64,000 bases of DNA from Octopus bimaculoides (lineage: Eukaryota). Below the pieces are notes generated by a model. That model was not told the DNA's origin. It saw nothing but the letters and a program-made list of their open reading frames with translations, and did not search any database. Where the stretch lies: assembly GCF_001194135.2 (NCBI RefSeq), contig NC_068986.1:383190-447189 (forward strand), written 5' to 3'. Each line of letters starts with the position of its first letter. Position 1 is the first letter of the stretch. Of the stretch, positions 1 through 12,769 are shown piece by piece. Both the position numbers and the translations under genes were made by a program.

Positions 1-188
1 TGAGTTGGTAATGTGGTAGAGAATATACGGATATGTGGCCTGTTCGTATAACACCGTCGTTATTTTGTAATTTTCTAGCTACAAGCTGCCTCATATTCCG
101 GAGTGGTGGTAAAGGGTTCTCCATCAGTCTCGAGGAGGAGCATTAAGTTATTCATGTAATGTGATGAAATCAATGACAAGTTAAGGTG

Positions 189-230
<42 letters not shown>

Positions 231-256
231 CCTATAGATAGATAAATAGATAGATA
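189..256. repeat. (TATC)n tract that switches to its complement (TAGA)n
   Basis: tatc repeats at 189-230, then ccta, then taga repeats to 256; read directly from the sequence. Confidence 0.95.
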
Positions 257-1121
257 TCTTTTTATTATAGCCACACAGGGCTAAATACAGAAAATGGACA
301 AATTACANNNNNNNNNNNNNNNNNNNNNNNNNNNNNNNNNNNNNNNNNNNNNNNNNNNNNNNNNNNNNNNNNNNNNNNNNNNNNNNNNNNNNNNNNNNNN
401 NNNNNNNNNNNNNNNNNNNNNNNNNNNNNNNNNNNNNNNNNNNNNNNNNNNNNNNNNNNNNNNNNNNNNNNNNNNNNNNNNNNNNNNNNNNNNNNNNNNN
501 NNNNNNNNNNNNNNNNNNNNNNNNNNNNNNNNNNNNNNNNNNNNNNNNNNNNNNNNNNNNNNNNNNNNNNNNNNNNNNNNNNNNNNNNNNNNNNNNNNNN
601 NNNNNNNNNNNNNNNNNNNNNNNNNNNNNNNNNNNNNNNNNNNNNNNNNNNNNNNNNNNNNNNNNNNNNNNNNNNNNNNNNNNNNNNNNNNNNNNNNNNN
701 NNNNNNNNNNNNNNNNNNNNNNNNNNNNNNNNNNNNNNNNNNNNNNNNNNNNNNNNNNNNNNNNNNNNNNNNNNNNNNNNNNNNNNNNNNNNNNNNNNNN
801 NNNNNNNNNNNNNNNNNNNNNNNNNNNNNNNNNNNNNNNNNNNNNNNNNNNNNNNNNNNNNNNNNNNNNNNNNNNNNNNNNNNNNNNNNNNNNNNNNNGG
901 AAATTATCCATAGGCCCCGGCCCGAACGTCGTCTTGTAAAGGGCGGGTTAGGAATTTCTCGTCGACACCCAGGTTTGCCCCGAGAGTGTCGTCAGGCCTC
1001 CCCTCCACTAGTCCTCTATAGAACGCATTGGTCGTTTGGAAGTTGCACAAGTTTGATCCCGGACGGCAGAGCTGTTGTAGAGCTTGGCGACACTCGCGGT
1101 GCCAATCGCCCAGTTTCGGTC
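257..1121 (-). mobile_element. 5'-truncated L1/Tx1-like non-LTR retrotransposon (ORF2 C-terminal region and 3' end); the middle is an N gap
   Basis: The minus strand of 899-1121 reads PKLGDWHRECRQALQQLCRPGSNLCNFQTTNAFYRGLVEGRPDDTLGANLGVDEKFLTR, then after a 1-nt frameshift LYKTTFGPGPMDNF. This resembles the segment before the zf-RVT domain of Tx1-like ORF2 (from memory, no search run). The 3' end is ...GCCCTGTGTGGCTATAATAAAAAGA. Joining the two sides across the gap is inferred. Confidence 0.65.
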
Positions 1122-1155
1122 TAGATAGATAGATAGATAGATAGATTGATAGATA
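1122..1155. repeat. (TAGA)n microsatellite
   Basis: Direct; it flanks the Tx1-like element. Confidence 0.95.
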
Positions 1156-1386
1156 GAAGGGCTTTGGTCGATCAGAGTCTATTGTGCCTGGTAGGGAGAT
1201 TGAGCATGGAACGATATGATTTCGATATGAATTGCTAATTCTACCAACGGGGAATAAATATTATATATGTGTGTATAAATCTGAGTTTGACTTTGTTCAC
1301 TAATATAGATATTTGTGTATGCATAAAAATGCTTCGTGAGGTGATATATTTAATCATGAACACATATACATGTATACACATGTGAT

Positions 1387-1427
<41 letters not shown>

Positions 1428-3169
1428 GAACAGACCAGATGCTAGAACACCTACGATAAACAAATAAGGTGAAAGTATTCCGAAAGTCATGTGTTTATGA
1501 AATATGTTTCATATTCATTGAAGAGTTTAATGTACACAGCGGTTTTCTTTAGCATACTTAATATATATATGTATTTCCTCGTATGTAACCATAATGGCAG
1601 CTATTCGTTGCAATTATGCGTTACCTAGGTTATTTGTGTTTCCTATTTTGTGTAGGTATACCGGAAAATAGATGGTAATTGCTTGTGCCGCCTCCAGAAA
1701 CTCATTGACGTTGGAGTTGTATGTGCTTAACTAAAAGGAAACTTGTTTCCATAACTGCTGCTAGTCTGATTATCTTGAATATAAATGGTATAACATAAAC
1801 AGGATTCAGTTATGTTGGGTGAAAATTTAGAGGAAATGTTCCTTACAACTTCTTACATCCGGACATGTTGCAGACCGTTCTCAAAATATGAAAGCAGATG
1901 AAAAGTATAAGAGTTTTATATTTCACTTCAAATCTGTGTGTTTGTAATCACTTGAAAAGGAAGGAGAGGTTGGAGAGGAAGATGTTATCCTCAAGTAAAC
2001 TTTTTGAAAAATGGTTGGTAGTTGAGAAAATGGCAAGTGTGAATTGAACCAATCGCTCTACATGTATGCATGTGAATTTGAGAACTGTAGTTGTAGACGA
2101 AACGAGACTTTAGTTTCCAAGGTAATCTTGAATCTGAGGGCCTTTTCGATTGACCCTAGATGGAGGCCTTCTTTATCAGATGGACTGCATCATCATCATC
2201 ATCATCCATCATCATCATCATCCTCATCATCATCGTCATCGTCATCAATTATTATGCGTATGCTATGTATAGCAGTTATATCACTTGCTTTTCTCTGGAA
2301 AATCCCACATTACGTGTCTACTCTGGTGGCAAATAGAAGAAACTTTCATCATCATCATCGTCGTCGTCGTCATCGATGTTGTTGTTATTTTTTCTGCTGA
2401 TGTTGTTTTTCTTGATCTTTTCATTGCCAAGACATTTGTTTCATTTGATCCGTGTGTTTGATCACACGGCAGGCAAATGTGGTGAATTCCTAGGATGAGT
2501 GAAGATTCATGCAAAATGACTTTCAGTATTGCAACTCCTTCCGTTCTAATTTCATATTCCATCGAGGTCGACTTTATTTTTAATTCTTTTGGGAACGATA
2601 ACTTTAGTTCCAGCAAAATGCTGGGGTTCGGATAATTTAGCTTCTCGGTGTCGGGATATTTTTGCTGACAAACAACCATGTACCATCGTCTTCCGTGCAA
2701 ATACTGCCAAAACCTCGAATGGTATAGCAACGTGTGCTCTCATCCCACTCACTTTTACATGCTCTTTCGCCTGTGCCAGACGCGCCTCCTTGCCATTTAG
2801 GGAGAGCGAGACATATTAGGTCGATTTTGCTGCCATTCCAGCAAAAGATTACCTGTCCCTTGAGTCGTCCCTTGCTTTGTTGTCGTTGTCGATCGATATT
2901 TTTTCGTCGTTGTTACTGTTATAAATGTCGCTGCTGTTGTTGATGCTGTCGTCAGTTGACGATAATGTTGCTGTCTATATTGTTGTTGCCGCTGTTGTTG
3001 TTGCCGTTGTTCCTGTGAATTTGTTTCTCTTATGAAGCAGGTAGTAGTGTGAGATTTTCCTGCTACTTCCTCATTAAATCCGTTAGTGAGCGTTAATAAT
3101 GCAATATTTTGAAAGGAAAAAGAATAACGAAAAATGGAGGTCGGTTGAAAATTTTAAACGGAAAGAGGA

Positions 3170-3370
3170 ATTAAATGTGAAAGTTAAAACAAATCCCCGA
3201 AGGCGTTCAAAACTAAAATCCGTTGTAAACACAGACCAAACATCCAAGAGGTTTTAAAGAAACATTGGAATAAATTCAAGAATTCAATGACACACACACC
3301 AAACAGGTAGCCTATATATCCAGTTCCTATCCAAAGATAACAATCTAAAAGCCAGGGCAATAATTTGTAT
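3170..3370 (+). mobile_element. possible decayed Penelope-like RT C-terminal fragment
   Basis: The frame reads HRPNIQEVLKKHWNKF, similar to the PLE 'P.I..IL.KHW' motif; a single short motif only. Confidence 0.3.
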
Positions 3371-5680
3371 ATAAAACTGATATGTAAACTACATTAACGT
3401 CTCTCATACTTAAAGACGGATACAGACTGAAAGCAAAATAAAAAGAATGATTCCAAGGAACAAGCAAAAACAAAAACTGTCTATAAGTAAGCAATGGCTG
3501 AATTCCAACAGAAGCAAAAGAACTGTGTTAGTGATCAAATCGTGATGCACGGCGAAACATTTTGACTTTTTACAATATATATATAATACTACGAAGAAAT
3601 AAACATGAGTGGTGTCATTGAATATATGTGCGTTTTAAAATGATTATCATTACTCATTAGCGATGTAACTGTTTCGGTTTCAACACTCTCAGACCATATC
3701 ATTTGCGAAGTAAGTACAACTCCGAATATATTATGTTAATTGATATTATGTTATATCAGATTGTGACTGCCGCTACACCTGTAATTGTTTTAGTAACACA
3801 TCACAACTCATTAAATATCATGAAGAATGTACCATGAAAGAATTTCTCCATCATTTAGTCGCTACGTATATAAATGTTTCGAAGTTTTAGGCTGAAACCC
3901 GTTAAAAGATTACTTAAATTCAATTTGAAGGGAACGAGAAAACTAGAACAATCATTCATAGACTCATCCTCCTAAAGTACTATATCAAATAGAAAATGTT
4001 GGCAAGAAATTGCGACTTCAGTATGCATCATTTTCTGATGTACACCAAACAAATATTTCTCTTCAAAAAGAGTATCTTTCTCTATTAAAACAGTATACTT
4101 CTCTACTAAACTCCTTTAAGTAATGAAGTATCTCTAATGATAGATATTTTGAGTCGATTAAATCGTAAAGAGAGTGATCCTCGATCATGAGAAGAATGGT
4201 GAAGGGCAGTTTAAAACAAGCGATAGTGTACACAAGTCACGTGCCAAGTTATAATGAGAAAATAATCTAAGATTACACTGGTAACCATCTGAATTTCAAA
4301 TTACGATGCCATATTTAGATTTTCATAAACAGGGGGGAAAAAAACAGAATAGCAACTCGATAATATGTCGCGTTTTCTCGTCGCAGGTAAAAAAATAAAA
4401 AAAATAAAGTAAATCATAATCAAATGATTTAATACATGTCAGAACGCTCTAATATCTACTTCACTCTTTCATTGTGAAAATGAATATATTTCCTCCTGGA
4501 ATAAATATTCGTTGTTCTTTAACATCGCAGAAGATCAAAATATTTTCTTCTTTTCGGGATATTTCATTATAAGTATTTGCCTGCTGATAACTCAATATAT
4601 TCTACAGAAAGAAGAGGGAGATTAAAAAGAAGGAAAAGAGAAGAAAAAAGGGTAACAGCTAATTAATTACAGAATTCCTATTACTGTAAAAAAGAAAACA
4701 AACCACATAAAAAGACGTACAGCAAGTGTGGATTAAATGAAAATAATTAAAAATCATCAGTAAACATGCGCCGATAACTGAATGAAGTCACACACACACA
4801 GACATCGCGCATACACACACACGGACATGTATCTATCGACATGTAGGTATATATGCAAATATATATATATATATATTCATTTAAAATGCAGAGATGCCTA
4901 TAATAGGANNNNNNNNNNNNNNNNNNNNNNNNNNNNNNNNNNNNNNNNNNNNNNNNNNNNNNNNNNNNNNNNNNNNNNNNNNNNNNNNNNNNNNNNNNNN
5001 NNNNNNNNTATATATATATATATATATACGTACATGCACATATTTATACATGTGTATGAACATATGTATGTATATATATGTGTGTGTGTGTGGTTGAATG
5101 AAGAAATAAATCAACACTTCTCCATTGATATAAATGCGGAGAAAAAACATAAACGTAAAAGTAAATGATAGACGAAAAGAAGTAAATTATCGGCTGCACT
5201 GGGAAGACAGCAGAGACAGAGGCAAAGCACTAATGATATTTCGATTTAATGGACGACGCGTGAAAACAACATTTAACGCCAGTTCACTACCCAGGCTTAG
5301 AATTAGTTCCTGAGCCAGTCATTAATATCTACATTTGACAAACACTAGGTAAGGATGAAAGTAAAAATTAGCAATCGAAAGAGTTAAGTAGATATAGATT
5401 CAATAGTTACTATTTGTTGTTAATGTTTTAGAATAAAGTCTTGAATTTTACCTAATTAAACAGAAACTACGGCATCCCTGTAAAGGTTAAATGGACAGTT
5501 TTAGAAAATAAATAAATTTCAAATATAAAAGACGAATTGTAAGTTTGCAATTAAAGTAAGGAATAATTAACATTTTCATCTTTATCGTTCCTAAAGAATA
5601 TTTTCACAAACTAGATGGGAAATAATCACAGCCAATTAGACGCGTGGCATAAAATACAAATTGTATCAATGGAGACACTT

Positions 5681-5716
<36 letters not shown>

Positions 5717-6844
5717 NNNNNNNNNNNNNNNNNNNNNNNNNNNNNNNNNNNNNNNNNNNNNNNNNNNNNNNNNNNNNNNNNNNNNNNNNNNNNNNNNNNN
5801 NNNNNNNNNNNNNNNNNNNNNNNNNNNNNNNNNNNNNNNNNNNNNNNNNNNNNNNNNNNNNNNNNNNNNNNNNNNNNNNNNNNNNNNNNNNNNNNNNNNN
5901 NNNNNNNNNNNNNNNNNNNNNNNNNNNNNNNNNNNNNNNNNNNNNNNNNNNNNNNNNNNNNNNNNNNNNNNNNNNNNNNNNNNNNNNNNNNNNNNNNNNN
6001 NNNNNNNNNNNNNNNNNNNNNNNNNNNNNNNNNNNNNNNNNNNNNNNNNNNNNNNNNNNNNNNNNNNNNNNNNNNNNNNNNNNNNNNNNNNNNNNNNNNN
6101 NNNNNNNNNNNNNNNNNNNNNNNNNNNNNNNNNNNNNNNNNNNNNNNNNNNNNNNNNNNNNNNNNNNNNNNNNNNNNNNNNNNNNNNNNNNNNNNNNNNN
6201 NNNNNNNNNNNNNNNNNNNNNNNNNNNNNNNNNNNNNNNNNNNNNNNNNNNNNNNNNNNNNNNNNNNNNNNNNNNNNNNNNNNNNNNNNNNNNNNNNNNN
6301 NNNNNNNNNNNNNNNNNNNNNNNNNNNNNNNNNNNNNNNNNNNNNNNNNNNNNNNNNNNNNNNNNNNNNNNNNNNNNNNNNNNNNNNNNNNNNNNNNNNN
6401 NNNNNNNNNNNNNNNNNNNNNNNNNNNNNNNNNNNNNNNNNNNNNNNNNNNNNNNNTGTGTGTGTGTGTGTGTTTACTCTATTTAAAGACACCTGTCATT
6501 TGCTGTAAGCTTTCCTTTATACCTCATAAGACAAAAATAAACGAGAGAATTCTTCGTTTATTTACAGAAAACACGTTGTGGTCAACTGACATGCATAATG
6601 GAGGGTCTTCTTAGAGTTATACTGCTTGACCTCACAAATAATACTCTTGTATAACTTGTTGAAAGTGGATCTGTTTCTGTTGGCAACCGGGTCTCTTAAA
6701 TGGCAGAACTTTTAAATTTGATCACAGATGTTAACAAAAAAAAAATGCTGATCAGCGATCAAATAGATAATTTCGACAATCTTCAATTTCTACAATCTCC
6801 AATCTTCAATAGTAAGTACTATAGATATACAAACATCTTAGTTT

Positions 6845-7217
6845 AGTATTTGTTCCACCAGGGTTTGCAGGACGTCCTTGTCGAGCTCTACAGATTTTCC
6901 AGGACGAGGCTCGTCTTCTAGGCTGTAGTTTCTGGCTCGGAACTTCTAGAACCACCGTTGACACTGGCTTACGCTTATTGCCCGATTCCCATATACTGCA
7001 TTTCTATTTGTTGCTATTTCCGTTGCGTTGTTGCCTTTATTGAACTCATAAAGCAAAATAAGCCGAATATATTCCTTTAGCGCTTTCTTTATAGCTTTGC
7101 AAAATAACTCTTAAAATCGAACCGCATTTTTCAAAATTTGCACTAAGGATAAGTACAAGGTAAAATTACAAACTGCCTTTATAGAAAGTTAATGCAGGTA
7201 GTTTATCCCGTCACCCT
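6845..7217 (-). mobile_element. mariner transposon 5' fragment (transposase N-terminal HTH region)
   Basis: The minus strand gives KEYIRLILLYEFNKGNNATE, then after a frameshift CQRWF*KFRARNYSLEDEPRPGKSVELDKDVLQTLVEQ. A TIR-like AGGGTGACGGGATAAACTACCTGC sits next to the small gap. Confidence 0.85.
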
Positions 7218-7914
7218 NNNNNNNNNNTATATAGGGGTATGTGTATATGTATGCATGTGTGTTCGCGCTTCAAAAGAAAATACCCTTCCAGAGACTTGCC
7301 CAAAGTGTCGTACATCGAGACGATCGAAATCAAAACCACATCATTGTGAAGCGAAACGTTTTAGACTTACGTCCAACACTTCGTCTGTGTCCCTGAGTTA
7401 TGTGAGCATGAGTGATTGTGTGAGCGCGGGTATGAGTGTGTGCATGTTTGTGTGTGAGTGCCTGTATATGTCTATGCATAAATGTGTATGCATGTATGCG
7501 TGTGTTTATTAAACTGAACGCTGTGTAACTATACAACACAGCTTAAAACTGAAATTTAAAAAATCAAAGCCTGATAGGAACGCAAACATTCTTGAATAGG
7601 AATACAATCCAAAATTTAATAATTGTTGAAAGTAGGGTTTTGAAAAATATATGGGGGTTGTTTAAATACCATCTGTAAGCAACATTTGAGTATCCTTACA
7701 ATCAGTTTCAAAACAACGAACAAAATAAATGGAAAAGAAGGCCTTACTGACGCCAACTTTGCGTTTTTCTACCTTCCCTTCAGCTAGCACTCTTAATTAG
7801 TTTGCTATCAGAAACAAGTACCTCTTATATTGTTGCATTGACGCCATGTTGTTTACAATAATTTTCCGTGAAAAATGTTCTTTATGTTTTTTCACAAACA
7901 AATTTCACTCCTTC

Positions 7915-7925
7915 AAAAGGGTTAA
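7915..7925. mobile_element. possible piggyBac terminus (AAAAGGG|TTAA)
   Basis: Matches the CCCTT TIR end plus the TTAA target; no partner end was found. Confidence 0.3.
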
Positions 7926-8355
7926 GCATACACGTAAACAGACTAAAAGATCCTGAAATAGAGAAAGTTATTTATCCGTTGTTTCTACTTTGAAATCTGA
8001 TAATTTAGTAACAAAGAATGACGTATGAACAACAACCAATCATGTCTTGTGAAATTTATTAGGTGGAATATTTTTCCCGATTTCAGAAAAATTGTAGTGT
8101 TTGAGAACAATTATTTCTGTTTGTTATAATGTCATTAGATTTTCATTTTTAAATAATGCTCAGGTGTGTATTATTCAATAAATAATAAAGATTAGACTTT
8201 TAATAATCCTTCAAGATCTTTTCCTACAGTGTCTATTCATTAGAGAAATGCATTACTTTGCAAGGAAACATAATCTAGAAGTAAATTTCTCCTATACAAA
8301 TTACACTGTAGAAGAATGATTATATCGTTTATAAAGGGGTTTTTATTTTTTGCAG

Positions 8356-8463
8356 TTACTTCCATATTTTACCATCCTACGATATATAAACGCGACACAT
8401 TAATCAATAGATACAATACAGATAAAAAGATTGACACGTCCTTATGATGCCAGGCTACTGCAG
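8356..8463 (+). other. candidate 108-bp spliced exon, possibly 5' UTR plus ATGATGCCAGGCTACTGCAG
   Basis: Acceptor TTTTTATTTTTTGCAG ends at 8355 and donor CAG|GTAAGT lies at 8463/8464; all three frames contain a stop. Confidence 0.3.
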
Positions 8464-9662
8464 GTAAGTGAATCAGTTTGCATAATTGATTACAAACTCA
8501 GTCTTTTCCCAGTAGGTTATTAATTAAACACATCTCGAGGAGTAATGCAGTTGCAATTTCTGGCAATCTTAATGGACTAGAGAAAGACTGGGCCTACTGC
8601 GGTGATTTTCTGTCTCAATATATGACGACGGAAATCTCCTTAGAGATTCTGTGATGCACAAAGTGTTACGAACACTTGTCATTCTTCAAAATAAGAAGTA
8701 ATTGAAACTGCTATATTCAACGCCCCAGTAATAATTTATTTTTAAATAATTTAATCAGAAGATGAATGATAGCGCCATAACATCTTTGGAGACTCAGTAA
8801 CTAACAGGATGAAAGAAAGAAGCTATTCTCAGACCACTGAGCTCTCCTGAAAATATCCTGGAATTAAAGGGTGAAGTTAAATTGGTCGACCCAAGAACAG
8901 GAATTGTACTTTTGATTGGCTTCTACAGTTTACCTTCCAGCTGTAATCAACTCGAGACAATAGTGGATGATGATGGATGACATCAATGCTGTGGTACACC
9001 GGGTAGAAACCGAAACCATCGATTTGCGAAGCTAGTTTCTGGGCTACACGACCTTTCATTCACTCACAACAATCTGGCAATAAATATATTACTAAATATA
9101 CTGATTAAACATTTCACCAGTCCCTGGAATGTTTTCTAACTCTCTAAGACCACAATGTGTACCACCTTGTTACGTTTCGTATAATTCTTAAAATGAAGTA
9201 TTTGCACATTTAGTATTCACATAACACTAAGCTTACTATGGACAATCTTTTTCTAGAAGTGGGCCACATGAGACATGGCCCATCATCTGGCTAGCAGCAC
9301 GACTGAAAAAAATTTCAAGGCAATTTTTTGTAAGGCAATCCCGCTGGCCACATATTGCCCATTGAAATAAACGTTGAGCAATCCATGGAAACAAGTCAAA
9401 TTTTAATGAGTTTATGCCATTACTCATAGATTTGATGCCGTGCTGGGATAAGGGCTTCAAGGAAATTTGTATGTTTAGAAAGTTGGATGTTTAATTAATA
9501 TCCTATTGGGAAAAGACTTTGCTTTTGTTTAACTGTAAGTCAATTATATAAATGTCGTACTTATTTCAGAATCGCACTTACGATAGCAATCTATATTGTT
9601 TCATATTGCTATATCATATTTTTCACACAATACCGTTTCTCAATTTGCAATGTTGTGCTAAA

Positions 9663-9722
<60 letters not shown>

Positions 9723-9953
9723 NNNNNNNNNNNNNNNNNNNNNNNNNNNNNNNNNNNNNNNNNNNNNNNNNNNNNNNNNNNNNNNNNNNNNNNNNNNNNN
9801 NNNNNNNNNNNNNNNNNNNNNNNNNNNNNNNNNNNNNNNNNNNNNNNNNNNNNNNNNNNNNNNNNNNNNNNNNNNNNNNNNNNNNNNNNNNNNNNNNNNN
9901 NNNNNNNNNNNNNNNNNNNNNNNNNNNNNNNNNNNNNNNNNNNNNNNNNNNNN

Positions 9954-9989
<36 letters not shown>

Positions 9990-10109
9990 GCATACATGCA
10001 TACACACATACAAGCGCGTGCGTGACAGGTTTTTTTTTTGTAGTTTCCCTTTACCAAATTTCACTTGTAAAATATTGGTCAAACCGAGGCATGAGAACAG
10101 AAAATATTT

Positions 10110-10180
10110 GTGCGCGAGGTGTGATCGACCCTGCAACTATCTGGTTGCGAACCGAACTTCTTAACCACACAGTTATGTCT
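10110..10180 (-). mobile_element. tRNA-derived SINE family A, head fragment
   Basis: The reverse complement CTGTGTGGTTAAGAAGTTCGGTTCGCAACCAGATAGTTGCAGGGTCGATC matches the head at 11638. Confidence 0.6.
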
Positions 10181-10544
10181 ACGTCAATCTCATGAAGTAA
10201 TTTAACATTGTAAAATACCACAAGGTTCGCCATAGATTTAGAATACAATACCAAAAACCTAGATTCCAGATTTGCACAAGAAATTGATTCATTTTGCTTT
10301 AAGCTCTCCAAGATTTAACTTTACCGAGCTAGTTTTTCTGGGGTTTTTTTTTTCATTTGCCTTTTCAATTTCCACACAGTTGTCCTATTTCGTAAGGAAA
10401 GTGATAGACCGAATATCTTTTAATATCATAGTTATGTTTACCAAATATGTCGAATTGAAATCCGATAACAAATCCTGTGTTGTATCTTTGGTAAAGGCAT
10501 TATTCTTCTTATTTCGATTTGTCAAGCTGTTGATTATGTGTGTA

Positions 10545-10870
10545 TGCACATTGTGGTCGATTGATCAACAAGTTCGCAGCCGCGAGTTCTTGAGTTCGAT
10601 GCCACAGCGTAGAATCTCGGGGAAGTGCTATTTTCTATGTCCCCTCAGGTCAACCTACACCTTGTGAATGAAATTTGTTTAATGGAAACTATAATGACGC
10701 CCTTTGATGAGTTGAATTTGTAATTCTAAGATGCTTCCTGACCATGCTGATTCTATATCATGCTGGTTCTGCATGTGAATTACTGTAATGGCACATATGT
10801 CTGGATTACACAGCCACTTACACGTTAATTCAGGAGCAGGTAATTCACTTGATGAAACGACTGAATCCGC
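10545..10870 (+). mobile_element. degenerate tRNA-derived SINE (A-like head, C-like body)
   Basis: B-box-like GAGTTCGATGCC; CAGCCACTTACACGTTAATTCAGGAGCAGG matches the reverse complement of the 52500-52690 copy. Confidence 0.5.
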
Positions 10871-11637
10871 GTTGTCAAACAGCGGAGAGCCACCACAACG
10901 ACCACCACCACCACCACCGATGTCACCGTCACAATGACATATCATGTGTACATTCTTGTAGGAAGCGCATATTAACGTTCTAAACACTCAGATAAGTAAC
11001 ACAAAACTATAGCAACAGAAATCTGTGAACTGTTTTAATGTTTATCATGCTGTGTTTTTCTTACTTCTAATCCTCCTAGACTATTTGCTTTTGGATAATT
11101 TTCTTTTCTGAAATCTACACCTCACATATATTAGAATATTCTGCTGAAAGAGAGGAAAGTATAAGGGTTTCTGGAAGCCCTTAGCTCTTGCTACTCGAGT
11201 ATAAATAAAACGTGTTTTTTTCATAAAATACATTGTATGTGGCAGGTAGTATCGTTTGCTAATCTAGCAATGAAACTCTTGAGAATTCTTATTTATTTTG
11301 TGCTAAAAAAATACACAATCCTGATACTTTACAACAAAAACAGAATTTCTGTCATCATTTTGTCTTTTTTTCTTTCATATTCTTGAAGATATGAAAATAA
11401 AAGCTTTCATGTATTTGTATTTGAATTTTTGTAACATGTTCTTCATATCTTATGAAGGGACATAGGTATGGCTGTGGGGTTAAGAATTTTTCTTCAGAAA
11501 TTGGGTTCAATACTACTATGTGGCACCATATGCATGTGCCTACTGCTTTTAACTTCAGGCTAATCAATTTGTGGGTGAAATTTGGTTGGTAGATTGAGAA
11601 ACTGAACGGAACCTCATCGTGTATATATATATATATA

Positions 11638-11968
11638 GGCGTAGGAGTGGCTGTGTGGTAAGTAGCTTGCTTACCAACCACATGGTTCCGGGTTCAGTCC
11701 CACTGCATGGCACCTTGGGCAAGTGTCTTCTGCTATAGGTGTGTGTGTGTGTATGTTTGTGTGTCTGTGTCTGACCCCCAACATCGCTTGACAACCGATG
11801 GTGGTGTGTTTACGTCCCCGTAACTTAGCGGTTCGACAAAATAGACTGATAGAATAAGTACTAGGCTTTAAAAAATAAGTCCTGGGGTCGATTTGCTCGA
11901 CTAGAAGGCGGTGCTCCAGCATGGCCACAGTCAAATGACTGAAACAAGTAAAAGAGTATAAAAGAGTA
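11638..11968 (+). mobile_element. tRNA-derived SINE family A, near full length
   Basis: A box TGGCTGTGTGG, B-box-like GGTTCAGTCCC, CACCTTGGGCAAGTGTCTT core, (GT)n middle and tail ATGACTGAAACAAGTAAAAGAG; several homologues in this window. Confidence 0.9.
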
Positions 11969-12769
11969 TATACACACATCTAAGTGTATGCGCATGTATG
12001 TATGTCAGTGTGTAGGAATGTGCTCACGTTCATACACACATGGATGACCTTCGATTTTTTTCTACCTAAAAATGCCTTTATACCTAATGTTTACGAGCTA
12101 TTTTTATAGCATTTACGTACATCCATATCCAGTTCCAGTTCCAAAAAAATGAATTACTTCAGTTTTTCTCGAAAGTTCGAAAATTTTTNNNNNNNNNNNN
12201 NNNNNNNNNNNNNNNNNNNNNNNNNNNNNNNNNNNNNNNNNNNNNNNNNNNNNNNNNNNNNNNNNNNNNNNNNNNNNNNNNNNNNNNNNNNNNNNNNNNN
12301 NNNNNNNNNNNNNNNNNNNNNNNNNNNNNNNNNNNNNNNNNNNNNNNNNNNNNNNNNNNNNNNNNNNNNNNNNNNNNNNNNNNNNNNNNNNNNNNNNNNN
12401 NNNNNNNNNNNNNNNNNNNNNNNNNNNNNNNNNNNNNNNNNNNNNNNNNNNNNNNNNNNNNNNNNNNNNNNNNNNNNNNNNNNNNNNNNNNATGAGTGTT
12501 TCTAGGATCACTAGACTAGAGTAGCTTCGCGTATCAGTCGTAGGCTCGTCAATAGTGACTTCTCAAATGCTCGATCTTTTGGCTAAATCCGGCTGTCAGG
12601 ATATGTATTTTTACCATAAAAATTTATAGCTGATTTATCGAAATGCTAATAAAATTAATATAAACAGCTAGCCCCAATATAATGCCATAAACGCCATTTT
12701 TTTTATTGCGCCTAACTGTTTATATGAATTGCTTGCCTGTCTTATCTCCCGAGGGAAATTTCTTTTCAG

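Noticed and set aside
8822-9110. LINE AP-endonuclease remnant (LLIGFYSLPSS, DDINA)
   Set aside because: The motifs are too weak and scattered over frames to support a call
9230-9360. hAT/Charlie-like end on the minus strand
   Set aside because: Only a loose GTGGCCC...AAAAAGATTG resemblance, with no intact TIR
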